From assembly GCF_009914755.1 (NCBI RefSeq), contig NC_060936.1: 64,000 bases of DNA; one strand, written 5' to 3'. Shown here piece after piece: positions 33,700 through 51,593 of the stretch (the first letter of the stretch is position 1; the number at the start of each line of letters is the position of its first letter). Source of the DNA: the human T2T-CHM13v2.0 reference genome, Homo sapiens. Both the position numbers and the translations under genes were made by a program. The notes under the pieces are model-generated. The model was not told the DNA's origin. It did not search any database and worked only from the letters and a program-made list of their open reading frames with translations.

Positions 33700-36600
33700 G
33701 AACAAATGACTATCCTGAACAGGGTGGAGGGGTGTGGGAAAGAAACCAGCCATATTGGTTTTGGTTTCTGTATTTTTCACAATGATTAATGAACAAAAAC
33801 AAAGAGAAAAAAACACACATCAATTAAAGGAGACAAAAAGAGGCAGAGCGAGTAGAGAGCAGCCCTCATTCACCACCTGGTCCCAGACGTGCTTCAGTCC
33901 TCGTCCTCTCTTTGTGGCTGGCTCCCAGCCTTCTCTTTCCTCTTGAGGATACTTAGGGTAAACTGGATCCTTCCTGCTCAAGGATCCTCATTTGTATACC
34001 TAGTGGAAAGGACTCTGAACTCAGAGGAGTCACTGTTCCTTTTTTTAGGTTAGAAATTAACAGCAGGGAAATGCCATCTTATTACCTGAGACGACCAGCA
34101 CTGGGAGTTAGGTACGGTCTGAAGTTATGTCTAGATAAGACTTCAGACGTCCTGGGATTGAAAGAATGTGTGTGAAGGGGTAGAATTTGTGCGGTAAAGA
34201 CTTAAAAAAAAAAGTAGGGAGATTAAAAAAAAAGAAAGAAAATGCTTCCTTATCTGGAAGCCTTTCTGGATTAATCCAGTGATGGTCCCACCTTTAGTGT
34301 TTGAGCTTTGTCATTGCTTGTCTCCCTGGCATGTGCCAGTTATAGACTGTCCAGCATCCAAGACGTTTCGGTTATGTCGGGTCCTCAGATCGCCTCTGAC
34401 TTGTTACCACAACAAATCATTTTGATTTCAGTGCCTGTTGGGGACTTGATTTCTTCTCAGTTTTGTTTGTTTGTTTGTTTCCTTAATCTGGCTCATTTGA
34501 AATTTCTTCTCCCTCTCAACCATCCCACTAAGTTATAGCCAAGAAGGGAAGGAGACACGGGGATTTGGGGTTCTCTGCTTGAATGTCTTCTCCTTTACCA
34601 CCTCACCTTGTTGGTACCTCCCTCCCTGGATCTCTGAGCCAGCAGCCAGGAGGACCTGACCCAGCAGTTCTTTACTGGCCCCTTTGTAGGGCCTTGCTGC
34701 CAGGGGGCAGGGATGCTTTCCAGCCTGCAGCAACAGAACACTTGACCTTAAAAGTCTCTTCTGGTCTTTGGATTAGAAAAGGCTTATGTTAGCATAGCTT
34801 AAGAGCAACCTCAGAGACTTGAGCCCTACTAAGTGACTGACCACTGTTTAGAGTGTCTGGTATCTGATGTTCATTTATTCCCATGTTCTTGTGTGTCACA
34901 GTTCAGCCAGTTTTGGTTTATGCCTAGAGCTACTTCAAGGAACTAGACTAATTAGCTATATAGGCCCAGCGATGCTTCTTATTGATCTTAATAGTATGCC
35001 CCTCCTTCCCCTGTCCTTTCATTTCTCTATCCAAGTAGCAGTCAGGTTCTTGGTGTGATGGGACTGAAAGAATTCCAGTCAGCCAGAGCCTTGGCAGCTC
35101 TGAAGCTAACCTTAGCATCTAAGTGTCGATCTTGAATTCCCTGAAAAAATTTCTATAGGAAATGAAGCTTCCCTGGTCCCCTCCTTTCTGGCCATTGTCA
35201 TCCATTTCCCAGTTAGGGCAACAATGAAGGAGGACCCAGCCAAGCTAGAAGGAATTTTGTGGATGGGAGACAGCAGGATTAGCTTCAGCTTGGGCTGGAG
35301 CAGTCAATATAGGATCTCAGGCCAGGCCCGCTTTTCTAGAATGTGTTTAATTTTGAGTTTGCTTTATTAGATATGTTTTTTAAGAGCTCTGTATATTTGA
35401 ACTGCTCCTTATGTGACAAAATAGGTAGCTCTTGGGCTCATGTCCTGGGTTTTGGCTCTTTAATGATTACTCCAGGCCAGCATTTAGTCGTTTGAGAATT
35501 GTAGCCTGTTGTTTTCGCTGTGACTTGGGTCTCAGTGCTAGGGTATTGAGTCAGGCAGCTGGAGGGTTGTGGCCCGAGGCTGCAGTCAGAGGTATACTTC
35601 CCATAGTGCTTCACACAGCTCCCCTGCTTCTAAAGGATAAGGTACTGTAGCCTTGGTCCTGGGGACCACCTGCCTGGGGCAGTGGACATCCTAACTAAAC
35701 AGGCTTCTGGCAGTAGCTTTGGTTCCTATCCCATCGAAATTCCCCAAAGCCCTGGGCCACTGCCATTGGGTTAGTCAAGATGAAGGAGGAGGACTGGCTG
35801 CCTCCATTTTGCCTTGTTTGTTAGTTTGCCTGGGTCTGTCTGAGGAAGGAGGGGGTCCCGCCTTCCACCTCAACACATCCCTTCAGTGACTCAGAGTCTC
35901 AGAAGGAAACCCTGACTCCTGGGGCCATTTCCTAATGGTACTGTAAGCCAAGCAGCTTTGCTTCTGCCTCTGTTTCCAAGCCCACCCTTTTCCCCTGAGC
36001 TCAGGGTTAGGGATGGGCGCTTTCCTCTCTGGTTGTGAACGAAAGGAAGGAACATCTTTCTATGGCTAACAAAAACTAAAGGGGAAGTGAGGAAACAGGA
36101 AGAAGTATGGTGGGGGCTGGGGTAGACTCCCCTGGAGCCAAGCCTATCCAGCTAACAAGAGCTCCCTGGGGCTGGTCACAGCTGGCTCATGATGCTGAAC
36201 TTGAAAGTTTTTTTGTTTTTGTTTTTGTTTTGTGGCTCCTCCAAGATATAGGTACATGAAGTTTAGGTTAAAGGGGTGGGATTCTTTATTTTTATTTTTG
36301 TATTGTATGTGTCAAGAATTACTCTGTTGTTCACCTTTTGCTTTTTGCACTGTTTGTTCTCTTATCTGTATTTTGAGCTTAGTGCTAGGACTGAGAGGCT
36401 GCACCATAGGGAATGTATGGGAGATGGTGAGGGGTGCCAGTGAGGGGTGCGTGGAGGAGAGGCCTGGGCTCCTCTACTGGATCTACACTCTGTCCCAGGT
36501 TTTTAGATCCCACTGAGCCCAGCTGACTGAAAACAAGGACAGTCAGGGTGAAACTTCTTTTGCCAGAAGTGTGGCCTGAGTTGAATTTCTGGGAGGATGA

Positions 36601-39015
36601 CGCAGATGTCTGCTGCAGAGCTGGGCTGAGAGTTCTGCAGTCTAGCTCTGACTTAGGTCAGGGGCCTGTTGGTCTCTCATTGGACGTTTTTGGGTCTCAC
36701 TCATGCTTACTGAAACATTGTGCCAAGAAACTCTGTGGGATTTGTGTCCCTTAAACCAGACTCACTTTTCTGAAAAATCTCCATTGTTGAGGAGAGGCTG
36801 CTCAATCGACACCCCGAGTTCTCATGACTGGGAAGATAGTTTTCTTCAGGTGTCAATGGCGTTAGACTCCCAGGAAGACTAGCCCTGCCCACAGGGCCAC
36901 CTGTTGGTTTGAGAGCGTGTTCGTGTTCTCTTGCCCTCCCTGCCTAAGAGCTACTGGGATCACGTTAGCGGGCATTTAGGCTTTGATGAGAGGGCACAGT
37001 TTGAGTTAGGTTTACCTCCCCCTTTCTGTGCCTGGGAACTGTTTGGTCCAGCTTTAGAACTGTGGTTTTGACTTCCTTATCTCTTGGGAGAAGCTTCTGT
37101 TTTAAGGAATTTCTCTTCCTTCTTCTCCTGCCTCTAGCCTCTCCTGGAAAGGCCTGGATATGGTTTCTAAAATCTCAGCTGAGAACTTCAGAAAACAGCA
37201 GCAGTATTTTCCTTTTCCTAGTGCTAAAATCCCTTTCCCTAGAAATTGGCTCACCTTGGGAAACCCAGGGAAAGAATCAGCAGGTTCTCTGCCCTCCCTA
37301 GGGGTTGGGGAAGGACCCACCCCGGTCAGCACAGTGCCTTTTCCTCTCCTGCTCTGAGCCAGGGTGGGGCATTCCCTCTAGATTCAGGTTTGGGCAGGGG
37401 TCCTATAGTCCCTGCCATGGGGCTGCTTCCCTGTCCCTTCCCTCCCCTTTGCTGGCCTACTCTGGCATAATTCAAGTGTCTTCTTGCCTTGGGGATCCTT
37501 AGTGGCATCAAATGGCAACATGGAATATTGTCCTCCATGCCCCTCCAGAAGGACCTAGGAGAGTAGGTGAGCTTTCCAAAGTGAGAGACGAATCTTTCTT
37601 TCTTTTTTTTTTTAAAGGGCAGGATGGGTATGCTTTGGGCTTTCTCCTTCTGTGGCCCCGGAGGAAGGAGAGACTGAGGCAAGGCAAAGTGATAGTACAC
37701 TGAAGCAGAACCGGAAACACCCAGGAACTGTTCAGAAATCTCAGAAGAAATCTGCTTCTCTTCGATGGAAAGATATAATTAACGATCAAAGAGCTCTAAG
37801 AAAATTGCAAAGAAGCCTTAATGTTCAAGCTTTAGAAAGATCAGAGCAATTTTTCTCTTTCAGTCCAAACTAAGACTCTCTGTATTTAAATCTCTCTGGG
37901 GCAAGAGGGCTAGATTTCCTCATTTTGTTATGAGACTAGATTGGTACCAGTAGATCAGCTGCCTAGCGAGGGCAGGTTTCTTCTTTGCATCTGTGTGGCT
38001 TGCTTCCAGTCTGGCCTGTCCTTTCCAGCTGCCTTTTGTCTAGCCTGCTATGGGGGGCCAGATTATCTTGATAAGAGCAGGTGATTTGGGGACTAGCTGG
38101 GTTGGCAGGAAAAGAGCAGGATGGATCTCTTGGGACAGGTTCCCCCAGGAGTATAAACACAAGGAGCCAGGATTGTGCTGGCAGCCAAGGAAACAGTAGT
38201 GCCTGTTTGAGTTGGCAGAGAGGGCCTTGGCACCTCTTGCATCCAGGCAGTCTTGTGAGATGGGGGCACATAGCACTGGGGAAAGCAGAACTCCATTCTC
38301 ACCTCTATTTTGAGCTTCAGTGCTTTATTTCAGTATGAGGAAAAACAACAACAAACTGAAGTGCGCTTTCCGTCCTTTCAAAGGACAACTGTCGGGAAGG
38401 GAGAGCCGAGTTGCGAGGTAGGAGGGGAGCACTGGCAGGGAGAGACATTCTTGACTCCTCTCTTCCCTGGTGTGTTGTGATCCAGGGAATGAAAAGAAAT
38501 TTGACCCTGGATTGGTTCTCTCCTTGGACTTAAGGAATCTTACCTTTTCCTTCCACAAAGTTCTCCCAGGCAAGGACCAGCTGCCCATTCTGAGCCCAGG
38601 GCAGCCTCTTCAACCATTATTGGTCTAACCTGGCTTGTCAGGAAACCAAGCCCACCCTTCCACATTGGGCCTGGCTGCTCTATTCTGTACCAAGTACTGG
38701 AGAAAAAGCATCAAGTTCTTAGCCCTTGTAGCTTCTACCCTAGTTTCCCATCCTCTCTCTGTGGAGGCCAAACCAACTCTTTGCCAGCAGCCACAACATG
38801 CATTGACAGCGGCACAGTGAGATATAACTGATGGGCTTTGAACCTGGTTGGCCGGGGAAGCTGTAGGGGTGGATAGAGCTGGCTTTCCTTCTGGGCTGTC
38901 TCCATCTGACCCTACCCCTTCCATGTCCCACCCCACTCCCACCAAAAAGTACAAAATCAGGATGTTTTTCACTGTCCATTGCTTTGTGTTTTAATAAACA
39001 ATTTGCAGTGACACT
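33700..39015 (+). other. MLEC: MLEC long 3' UTR
   Basis: Unique, Alu-free sequence up to AATAAA at 38993-38998, followed by a GT-rich element. End approximate. Confidence 0.8.
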
Positions 39016-39519
39016 CTGTGTTGGGACTGAGTTCGAACTTGATCTCAAAGCGCTGAAGTGATGGGGTGGGAAAAAGGAGACCCAGGGGTTCACTTGGCTC
39101 CAAAGAGTTCTCCTGTGACGAGGCTGGGAACTGTTGTCCATTTAGCTGTGTGTCTTTTGCTTTTCTTCTCTCTGGGATGTTTGCTTAGGGGAATCATTCT
39201 GTAAAACCCTTCCTGGTCATTTCAACTAGCAGCGCATTTAAGGACAAAAAATTTGTTTTCACTTTCACTGGAACAACTAGGCACAGACTGTCCCACTCTT
39301 AAGGCACACTGGGCCTATTGCTGCCTCTCCTCACCATTCCCTTAGCCTCTGTGATAGCCCACGGACAAGCTAAGCTAACCTAAGCCATAGGAGATTTTTC
39401 TCTGCTTGCTCCTTCTCTGGTGTTTTGTCATTGTTGATTACACATTAGGAAGAGCAGAATGCAGGAGGGATTTTTTTTCCTATAATTTATAAGCCACGTT
39501 TTACAGGTGAGGATCGTTG

Positions 39520-45290
<5,771 letters not shown>

Positions 45291-46692
45291 AAATATGACT
45301 CTGTGCCTTGCTTTTTGCCCTACTTAATATATGTTTGAGATCTTTCCATACTAATATATATGTCTCATTTTTTAAAACAGCTCTATGTAACGTGAATGGA
45401 TACAAATGTAATTTATTGTAATTTGTCAATATTACAAATCTCTGTGCATGCAGGTAGGGTAAATTCCTAGATGTGGAATTGCAGGTGAAGAGGTTACATT
45501 TGCCATCATCCCTAGAAAGAGAAAAGCCATGGTCCAGGTAACTAGTCTTGGTGCTATGAGAACAAACCTTCCGTAAATAAGTATATGGGAAATGACCACA
45601 TGCTAAACCACCCTCTTGGCCATTCACAATCAAGTAGCATATTAAAAGTTCTGGAAATTCTTCAGTAACCACTCTGTTGAGTGGTTTAAAAAGAGTTGTT
45701 TGTAAAAGGAAAGACTTTAATTCTTTGTACACATTTATTAAAATCTCCCTGAACAGTTAGTTAAATGCCACCATATACTAATCTCTCAAAGACAGTACAG
45801 CATTTGGGTAGGAATTTGGCCACACACTATGCCACCCAATTGGGCAGCTGGGGTGGGGTCAGGTTTGGACTTTGTCCAGGAACCAAGAGATGCCTGTCTT
45901 GGTGGCTTTGGTGAGAGGGACTCAGCAAGCAAGGCCTGGCAAGAACGTCAAGAGGCTCTGGGGGACGGTTGCAATTTTACTCTAGCCTGGCTGAGAGGTG
46001 ATGTCAGACCTAGCAGACACACTGCATCAATCAGGCCCAGGCCTCCAACACAGAACAGTGCAGATCTAGAATCCCTAGAGAAGGAGCCCCTCAGGGTGGA
46101 AGACGGTAGACCACATCCCCCTGTTGACCCACTTCTGGCTAATTGGTGAGGTCATGGCTAACTTCCAAAGCTCAGTGCAGATATTGCCTCTGAAAACTTC
46201 CGAAGCCCTCAAGCTTTTACAGCCAGGTCAGAATAAACCACTCCTGTGTGTTCTCCTAGCACCTTTGCTGCATCTCTTAGTGCAGTCAGTGAATCTAGTT
46301 TGTCTTCCAGTTCATACTAACCTACCTTGTGAAAAGGAAGGGTCACATAATGAATTGTGTACTTTACAGTCTTCTCTAACAAAAGTGGGAGCTCTTCCAT
46401 AGTGGGATACTGTTCAGGCTCTCATTCAATCATTACTGAGCACCTACCACGTGTCAGGCATTAGCTGAACTGCTGGGAATTCAGGGGTGAGGCAGACCCA
46501 ATCCCTGCCCTCACTCTTACATCTCCTGTAGCCTAGCCCAATGTCTAGCCCAGGGCCTGGCACAGTAGGGCTTACGGATGGCAATCTCATTGGAAAGTTT
46601 GTCTTGAAACTGCCTTTGCAAAACAAACACTGCTTTAACTTACCTTCTATGCTAAATATATTAATAAACATTTTCTCAAGATGCATTGTCCA

Positions 46693-47069
46693 CTAATAGC
46701 TTAGTGTTGAAGAACAGGCCTTGGGTCAGATGGACCTGGATTAAAATCCCTGTTCCCTCCTCTTACTGCTTGAGGGACTTTGGACATGTTACCTGACTTC
46801 TCTGAACTTGAGCTTCCTGATCTGTAAAATGGAGACAGTAATACCTCACAGGGTTGTTGTGAGGTGAGGAGCCTGCCCTATAGCAAGTGTCCTGCCATAT
46901 AGCAAGTGCGCAGTAAACACTGGCCATTCTTCTTCTTGGTGTGATTACTGGGAATTAGTTGCCATTGTGCTGTTGGGACTGGTGACAGAACTCTTGGATT
47001 GAGAATGCCGAGATGGTGCACGGAAGATTCTGTGTGCTCTTTCAGACCAGGAGGAGGATGAGGAGGAGG
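46693..47069 (+). repeat. Local duplicate of UNC119B intron 2 end plus first 24 nt of exon 3 (source 53419-53789; includes a MIR relic)
   Basis: Hand alignment: ~20 substitutions and two indels (5 and 1 bp) over ~371 bp. Confidence 0.95.
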
Positions 47070-47240
47070 AAAGTTTATATGACGTAAATTCATTTGACCG
47101 TAAGATATGTATTTAAACATCGTGGAGGATCTTGGGGGTCTGATGGGGAGTGGGGTTGCTGAAGCTCCAGCCACCCCTAGGCCCTCCACCTGGCAGGACC
47201 AAAGTTGGGGCAGTAGCCGAAGCACCGCCCCCCGGGCCCC

Positions 47241-47497
47241 GCAGGAGTGTGCAGTCACCCAGTTAGGCCTATCTTGGCCTGCCCATCACTCCTGGCCTGC
47301 GGTCTCCTAACCCTGTGGCAGCAGCAGCATTCCCTGAATGGATCGAAGGCTGCCATGGTGTCGTCCGCTGAATTGCTATAGGAGTCAGCCCAGGGCTGCT
47401 CATGTGCACCTCAGGTTGCTGATGGCAGCTCTAGTTATTTGGGGATGGAAGTTTGGGGAGAGTGGGCCTTGGTCCACCCTGTGCGAAAGGGAATTCC
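47241..47497 (+). repeat. Local duplicate of UNC119B intron 1 segment (48734-48987)
   Basis: Hand alignment: ~17 substitutions and one 3-bp indel over ~254 bp. The ORF track shows paired peptides at 47338 and 48831. Confidence 0.95.
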
Positions 47498-47499
47498 AC

Positions 47500-48400
47500 A
47501 GCCCCCCGGGCGCCCGCCCCCGCCCCCGCCCCGCCCCCTCCCCGCCCCTTCCCCGCCGGGCCCCGGGCCCCGCCCCCGCTCTCCATAGTTACCGCGCTGT
47601 GGAGGCGGCGGCCATCTTGGCGGCGGAGCGATGAGCGGGTCTAACCCGAAGGCTGCGGCCGCGGCGTCGGCGGCTGGGCCCGGGGGGCTGGTGGCTGGCA
47701 AGGAGGAGAAGAAGAAGGCGGGCGGCGGCGTCCTGAACCGCCTGAAGGCGCGGCGGCAGGCGCCCCACCACGCGGCCGACGACGGCGTCGGGGCAGCGGT
47801 CACGGAGCAGGAGCTGCTGGCGCTGGACACCATCCGGCCCGAGCACGTCCTGCGCCTCAGCCGGGTCACCGAGAGTGAGTGCCGCGCGGGCCGCGCCCTC
47901 CCCTCGCGCCGTGCCCCGGCTCCCGGAGCCTTCAGCGGACCCGGCCACTTGACCAGCGCGGGGGTCCCCGCCAGACCCCCTCGGCCGGCCGGGCCGCGCT
48001 TCCCGCTGCCCCGCCGGCCGGGCTTTGCTCCCGCCACGCTCACGTAGCTCTGGTGGGGAAGGACTCTCCTGGGCTGGACCGCATTCCTGTGAGTCCGGCC
48101 ATGCCCTTCGGCCGGTCGGCTCCCCAGCTCTGCCGGACCTGTTTGGGTAGAGGGCCCCGTTCAGCTGAACTGGATCCTCCTGAGCCGGCCGGGGGCCGAG
48201 GTCCCCTAATAAATGGGCCCCTGGGCCCTCAGCCTGGAACCCCCGGCCATCAGTGAAGTTCCCGCTCAGCCAGGCTCCCCCAGCCCTCTGGCAGGCCAGA
48301 AGCCTTACCTGCTTCCTCCGCCCTGGCCCCATGGCAGCCCTCCCCCATTGCAGCCTGCCCGGCCTCCCTCCCTCTTTGGGTCGGGAGCGTTGCCCCTTAG
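47500..48400 (+). promoter_or_regulatory. UNC119B: UNC119B CpG-island promoter
   Basis: Tandem GC boxes (ccccgccc) at 47513-47578; YY1-type gccatcttgg at 47611-47620; CpG-rich through exon 1. Confidence 0.85.
47631..47874 (+). CDS. UNC119B: Unc-119 lipid-binding chaperone B, exon 1
   Basis: MSGSNPKAAAAASAAGPGG...VTEQELLALDTIRPEHVLRLSRVTE; donor A|gtgagt; 244 nt. Confidence 0.97.
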
Positions 48401-49679
48401 TGTGCAGAGGGGTTCTTCCTCAAAACACATAGCCGTGGCATTTCCTGCTCATTTAAAACTGTGCCACATTAAAACAAAAATAAAGTTTCAGTTTGTGTAC
48501 AGACTCCGACATGTGAATCCTGCTTTTGACATTCTCGTGAATTAAGAATGATTTCAGAGTTTCAGAAATGCGTTTCCTGCACAAAAGGCAACCATCCTAA
48601 GCTTTTTCGTTGATAGGAGGATGGGTGGGAAGAAAAATGTTGCCCAGTCCCTGCCCTGGGTGATCTCCCTTTTTCTGTTCTCTGCCAAGCCAGTCCCTGA
48701 CTTGACGTCTTTTCTCTTGCTGCTGTTTTCCCTGCAGGAGTGTGCACTCACCTAGTTAGGCCTATCTTGGCCTGCCCATCACTCCTGGCGTGCAGTCTCC
48801 TAACCCTGTGGCAGCAGCAGCATTCCCTGGATGGATCGAAGGCTGCCATGGTGTCTGCTGAGCTGCTATAGCAGGCAGCCCAGGGCTGTTCAGGTGCACC
48901 TCAGGTTGCCGATTGCAGCTCTAGTAATTTGGGGATGGAAGTTTGGGGGGAGTAGGCCTTGGTCCACCCTGTGCGAAAGGGAATTCCCATTTCCTAAAAG
49001 AGTTTTAATTTGATTCTAGATATTTGGATGCCCCCGTTTCCCAATACTGTTTGGGTTGAGACTGTCCTTACCAGACCTGAGCGTATCTTTAGACATTCTT
49101 GTTAGTTTTATTGAAACAGTGTGAAAAAGCTTCTTTTCTTCTGAACCAGTTTTCATTTGGGGCTCTGAAAGTACAGATGCTCAGCACCTGGTCTTGGTAA
49201 CCTCATGCCCTCTCCTGCCATCCAAGTGAGTTAGGGTATTCTGTGCCTGGCCCTAAGCAGGATTCTCAGTGGGCACTCAGATCCTATCTGGGGGCTTGGG
49301 ATTGTTGCTCATTGTCCAAACCCACCTCTGCAGCTTCTTAGAGTCTGGCAACCTCTTTGTTACTCTTCTTAACGTCTCGTTCATTCTATCCAGCAGATTA
49401 TTTGAGTACCCTCTAAGAGTCCAAAGCCAATGTTAGCCTTTTTAGCAGTTACAGAATAATCAGTAGTTGTCAAGTTTGTCGTCTTAATAAAGAGACAACT
49501 TGTAAAACACGAAAACAACTAACTCAGGCAATAAAAGATCAAGTATCAAAATGAGCTGTGGAGAAGATGCTATCCGGAATCATCCTAGAAAGAAATCAGT
49601 GAAATTTGCTGTGATTAGAATTATTTCAATTTGCGGCTCATGTTCTAGTCACTTGGGCCTAATGTCTTCACCGGCAGAT

Positions 49680-50000
49680 TTATCCTCTTGCCTGGATATG
49701 TATGATATGTATTGTCTACTGTATGATTTTGTGTAGCCCACAAACTAAGATTAGGTTTGTACATTTTTAAATGGTTGAAAAAAACTTTAAAATCTTGAGA
49801 CACGTGGTTATGTAAAATTCATATTTCAGTGTCCATAAATACAGTTTTACTGGAATATAGCCACATTCATTCATTTGCGTATTGTCTGTGGATGCTTTTG
49901 TGGCTACAATGATAGAGTTGAGTAGTTGTGACAGAGACCATGTGGCGGCAAAGCCTAAATTATTTAGAATCTGGCTCTACAGAAAAGTTTGCTGATCTCG
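49680..50000. mobile_element. MER58B-like hAT relic
   Basis: 'ttttactggaatatagccacattcattcatttgcgtattgtctgtgg...gagttgagtagttgtgacagagacc...agaaaagtttgctga'. Confidence 0.75.
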
Positions 50001-50414
50001 GCTTTCTTACACTGACAGTTGGCAAACTAACGTTGGCAAACTAGCACTGTATTATCTGCTAAGTCAGTTTAAATGTCTTAGATTGGAATTCTATAAAAAG
50101 TTCGCCCTGTTCTGACATCCAACTTGATAGATGATGAAAGATTTTTATGTGTTTCCAAAGAAATCCACCTTTTCTATCCTAGTTTCTAAAAGTTTTGCAA
50201 TTTTTCATCCAAAGCAAGTCCTTGTTATTTTTTTTCTTTGTTGGATCCCCTAATTCTGTCCATACAACTTCTGCTGGTGATAACACATGAGAAAGTTTTT
50301 GGGAGTATTTTAAGTGTGTTGTGTAAGAAAAAATCTGAGTTTGCTTCAAAACTTGAGAATTAAATAAATGGTAGTTTTGGAGGATTATTTAACAGTGTTG
50401 GTTTCTCTTTTCAG

Positions 50415-50528
50415 ATTATTTATGTAAACCCGAAGACAACATCTACAGTATTGATTTCACCCGCTTCAAAATTCGAGATTTGGAGACAGGGACAGTACTT
50501 TTTGAGATTGCCAAACCTTGCGTTTCAG
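50415..50528 (+). CDS. UNC119B: UNC119B exon 2
   Basis: tttcag|; [38 protein letters not shown]; |gtaggc; 114 nt; UNC119/PDE-delta family motif. Confidence 0.96.
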
Positions 50529-51216
50529 GTAGGCCTCTACGTTGTGGTGACCACTAGACAGTTTTGAGCCAAAGGTCTTTGAAACTCAAATCTTTGTGTG
50601 CCACTGCATCCTGTTTCTTGGACTCCAGTGTGTCCCACTTCTGTGACCTCTTCCCGTGGCCTGGTCTGCCAGGCATGGTGGTTTGAAGCTGCGTTCAGAG
50701 GCTGATGTTTGTTGGATGTCTATTCTGTGCTGGTCACTGTGTTCCACGTCTTTGTGCACATCAGTGTATGTAATCCTCACACCTCTTTGAGGAATTACTG
50801 TTATCTCTGTTTTACAGCGAAGGATCTGAGGCCTACAATTCCCAGGCGGCTCTTTCCTAAGGCCCTGTGCTGGTTCATCTTACCATGTTGCCTCCAGTTG
50901 GGAAAGGAATCCTTGAAATTAAACTATAATGAGGAAAACTCACCTGAGCCTGGTGCCCTCTTGGAGGGTGATAGGGAGGATCCTGGTCCAGACATGAGGC
51001 AGTTTGAGCCATCTTCTTGCTCTCTTTTACATATTGCCTTGGAGTTCCCAGACCTAGTTTGGATTTTAATCTCAACCATTTTCTGGAAGAACAGACCCAG
51101 GAACTCAACTACTTGGGGTTCCTTAAATTAGCCTCCCATAGCCGCTTCCTGTGCTTGTGATAAAGTGCCAGGCTGATCTGGACCACAGAAGCCTTTGGAG
51201 CACCTCACTGGAGGTT

Positions 51217-51232
51217 TAGCGCCCCCTGGAGT
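51217..51232 (-). promoter_or_regulatory. CTCF-like core motif
   Basis: Reverse strand reads ACTCCAGGGGGCGCTA versus consensus CCACCAGGGGGCGCTA. Motif only; no binding data. Confidence 0.35.
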
Positions 51233-51344
51233 TAGTCATTTGTTAGAACACTGGTACAGATACCCATAGTATCAGTGTGGTTTGTAAACTTACTTTGCAG
51301 TGTTTCTCATCTGATTTGCTACTTAGAGCCTGCAAATTTGATAA

Positions 51345-51593
<249 letters not shown>

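Noticed and set aside
46693-47069. Processed pseudogene of UNC119B
   Set aside because: The copy is almost entirely intronic, with only 24 nt of exon, no exon-exon junction and no poly-A tail.
47579-47592. Possible RFX X-box (ctctccatagttac) in the promoter of a ciliary trafficking gene
   Set aside because: Two mismatches to the X-box consensus; not supportable from sequence alone.
47435-48332. 202-aa and 247-aa antisense ORFs over UNC119B exon 1
   Set aside because: Same CpG-island artefact.
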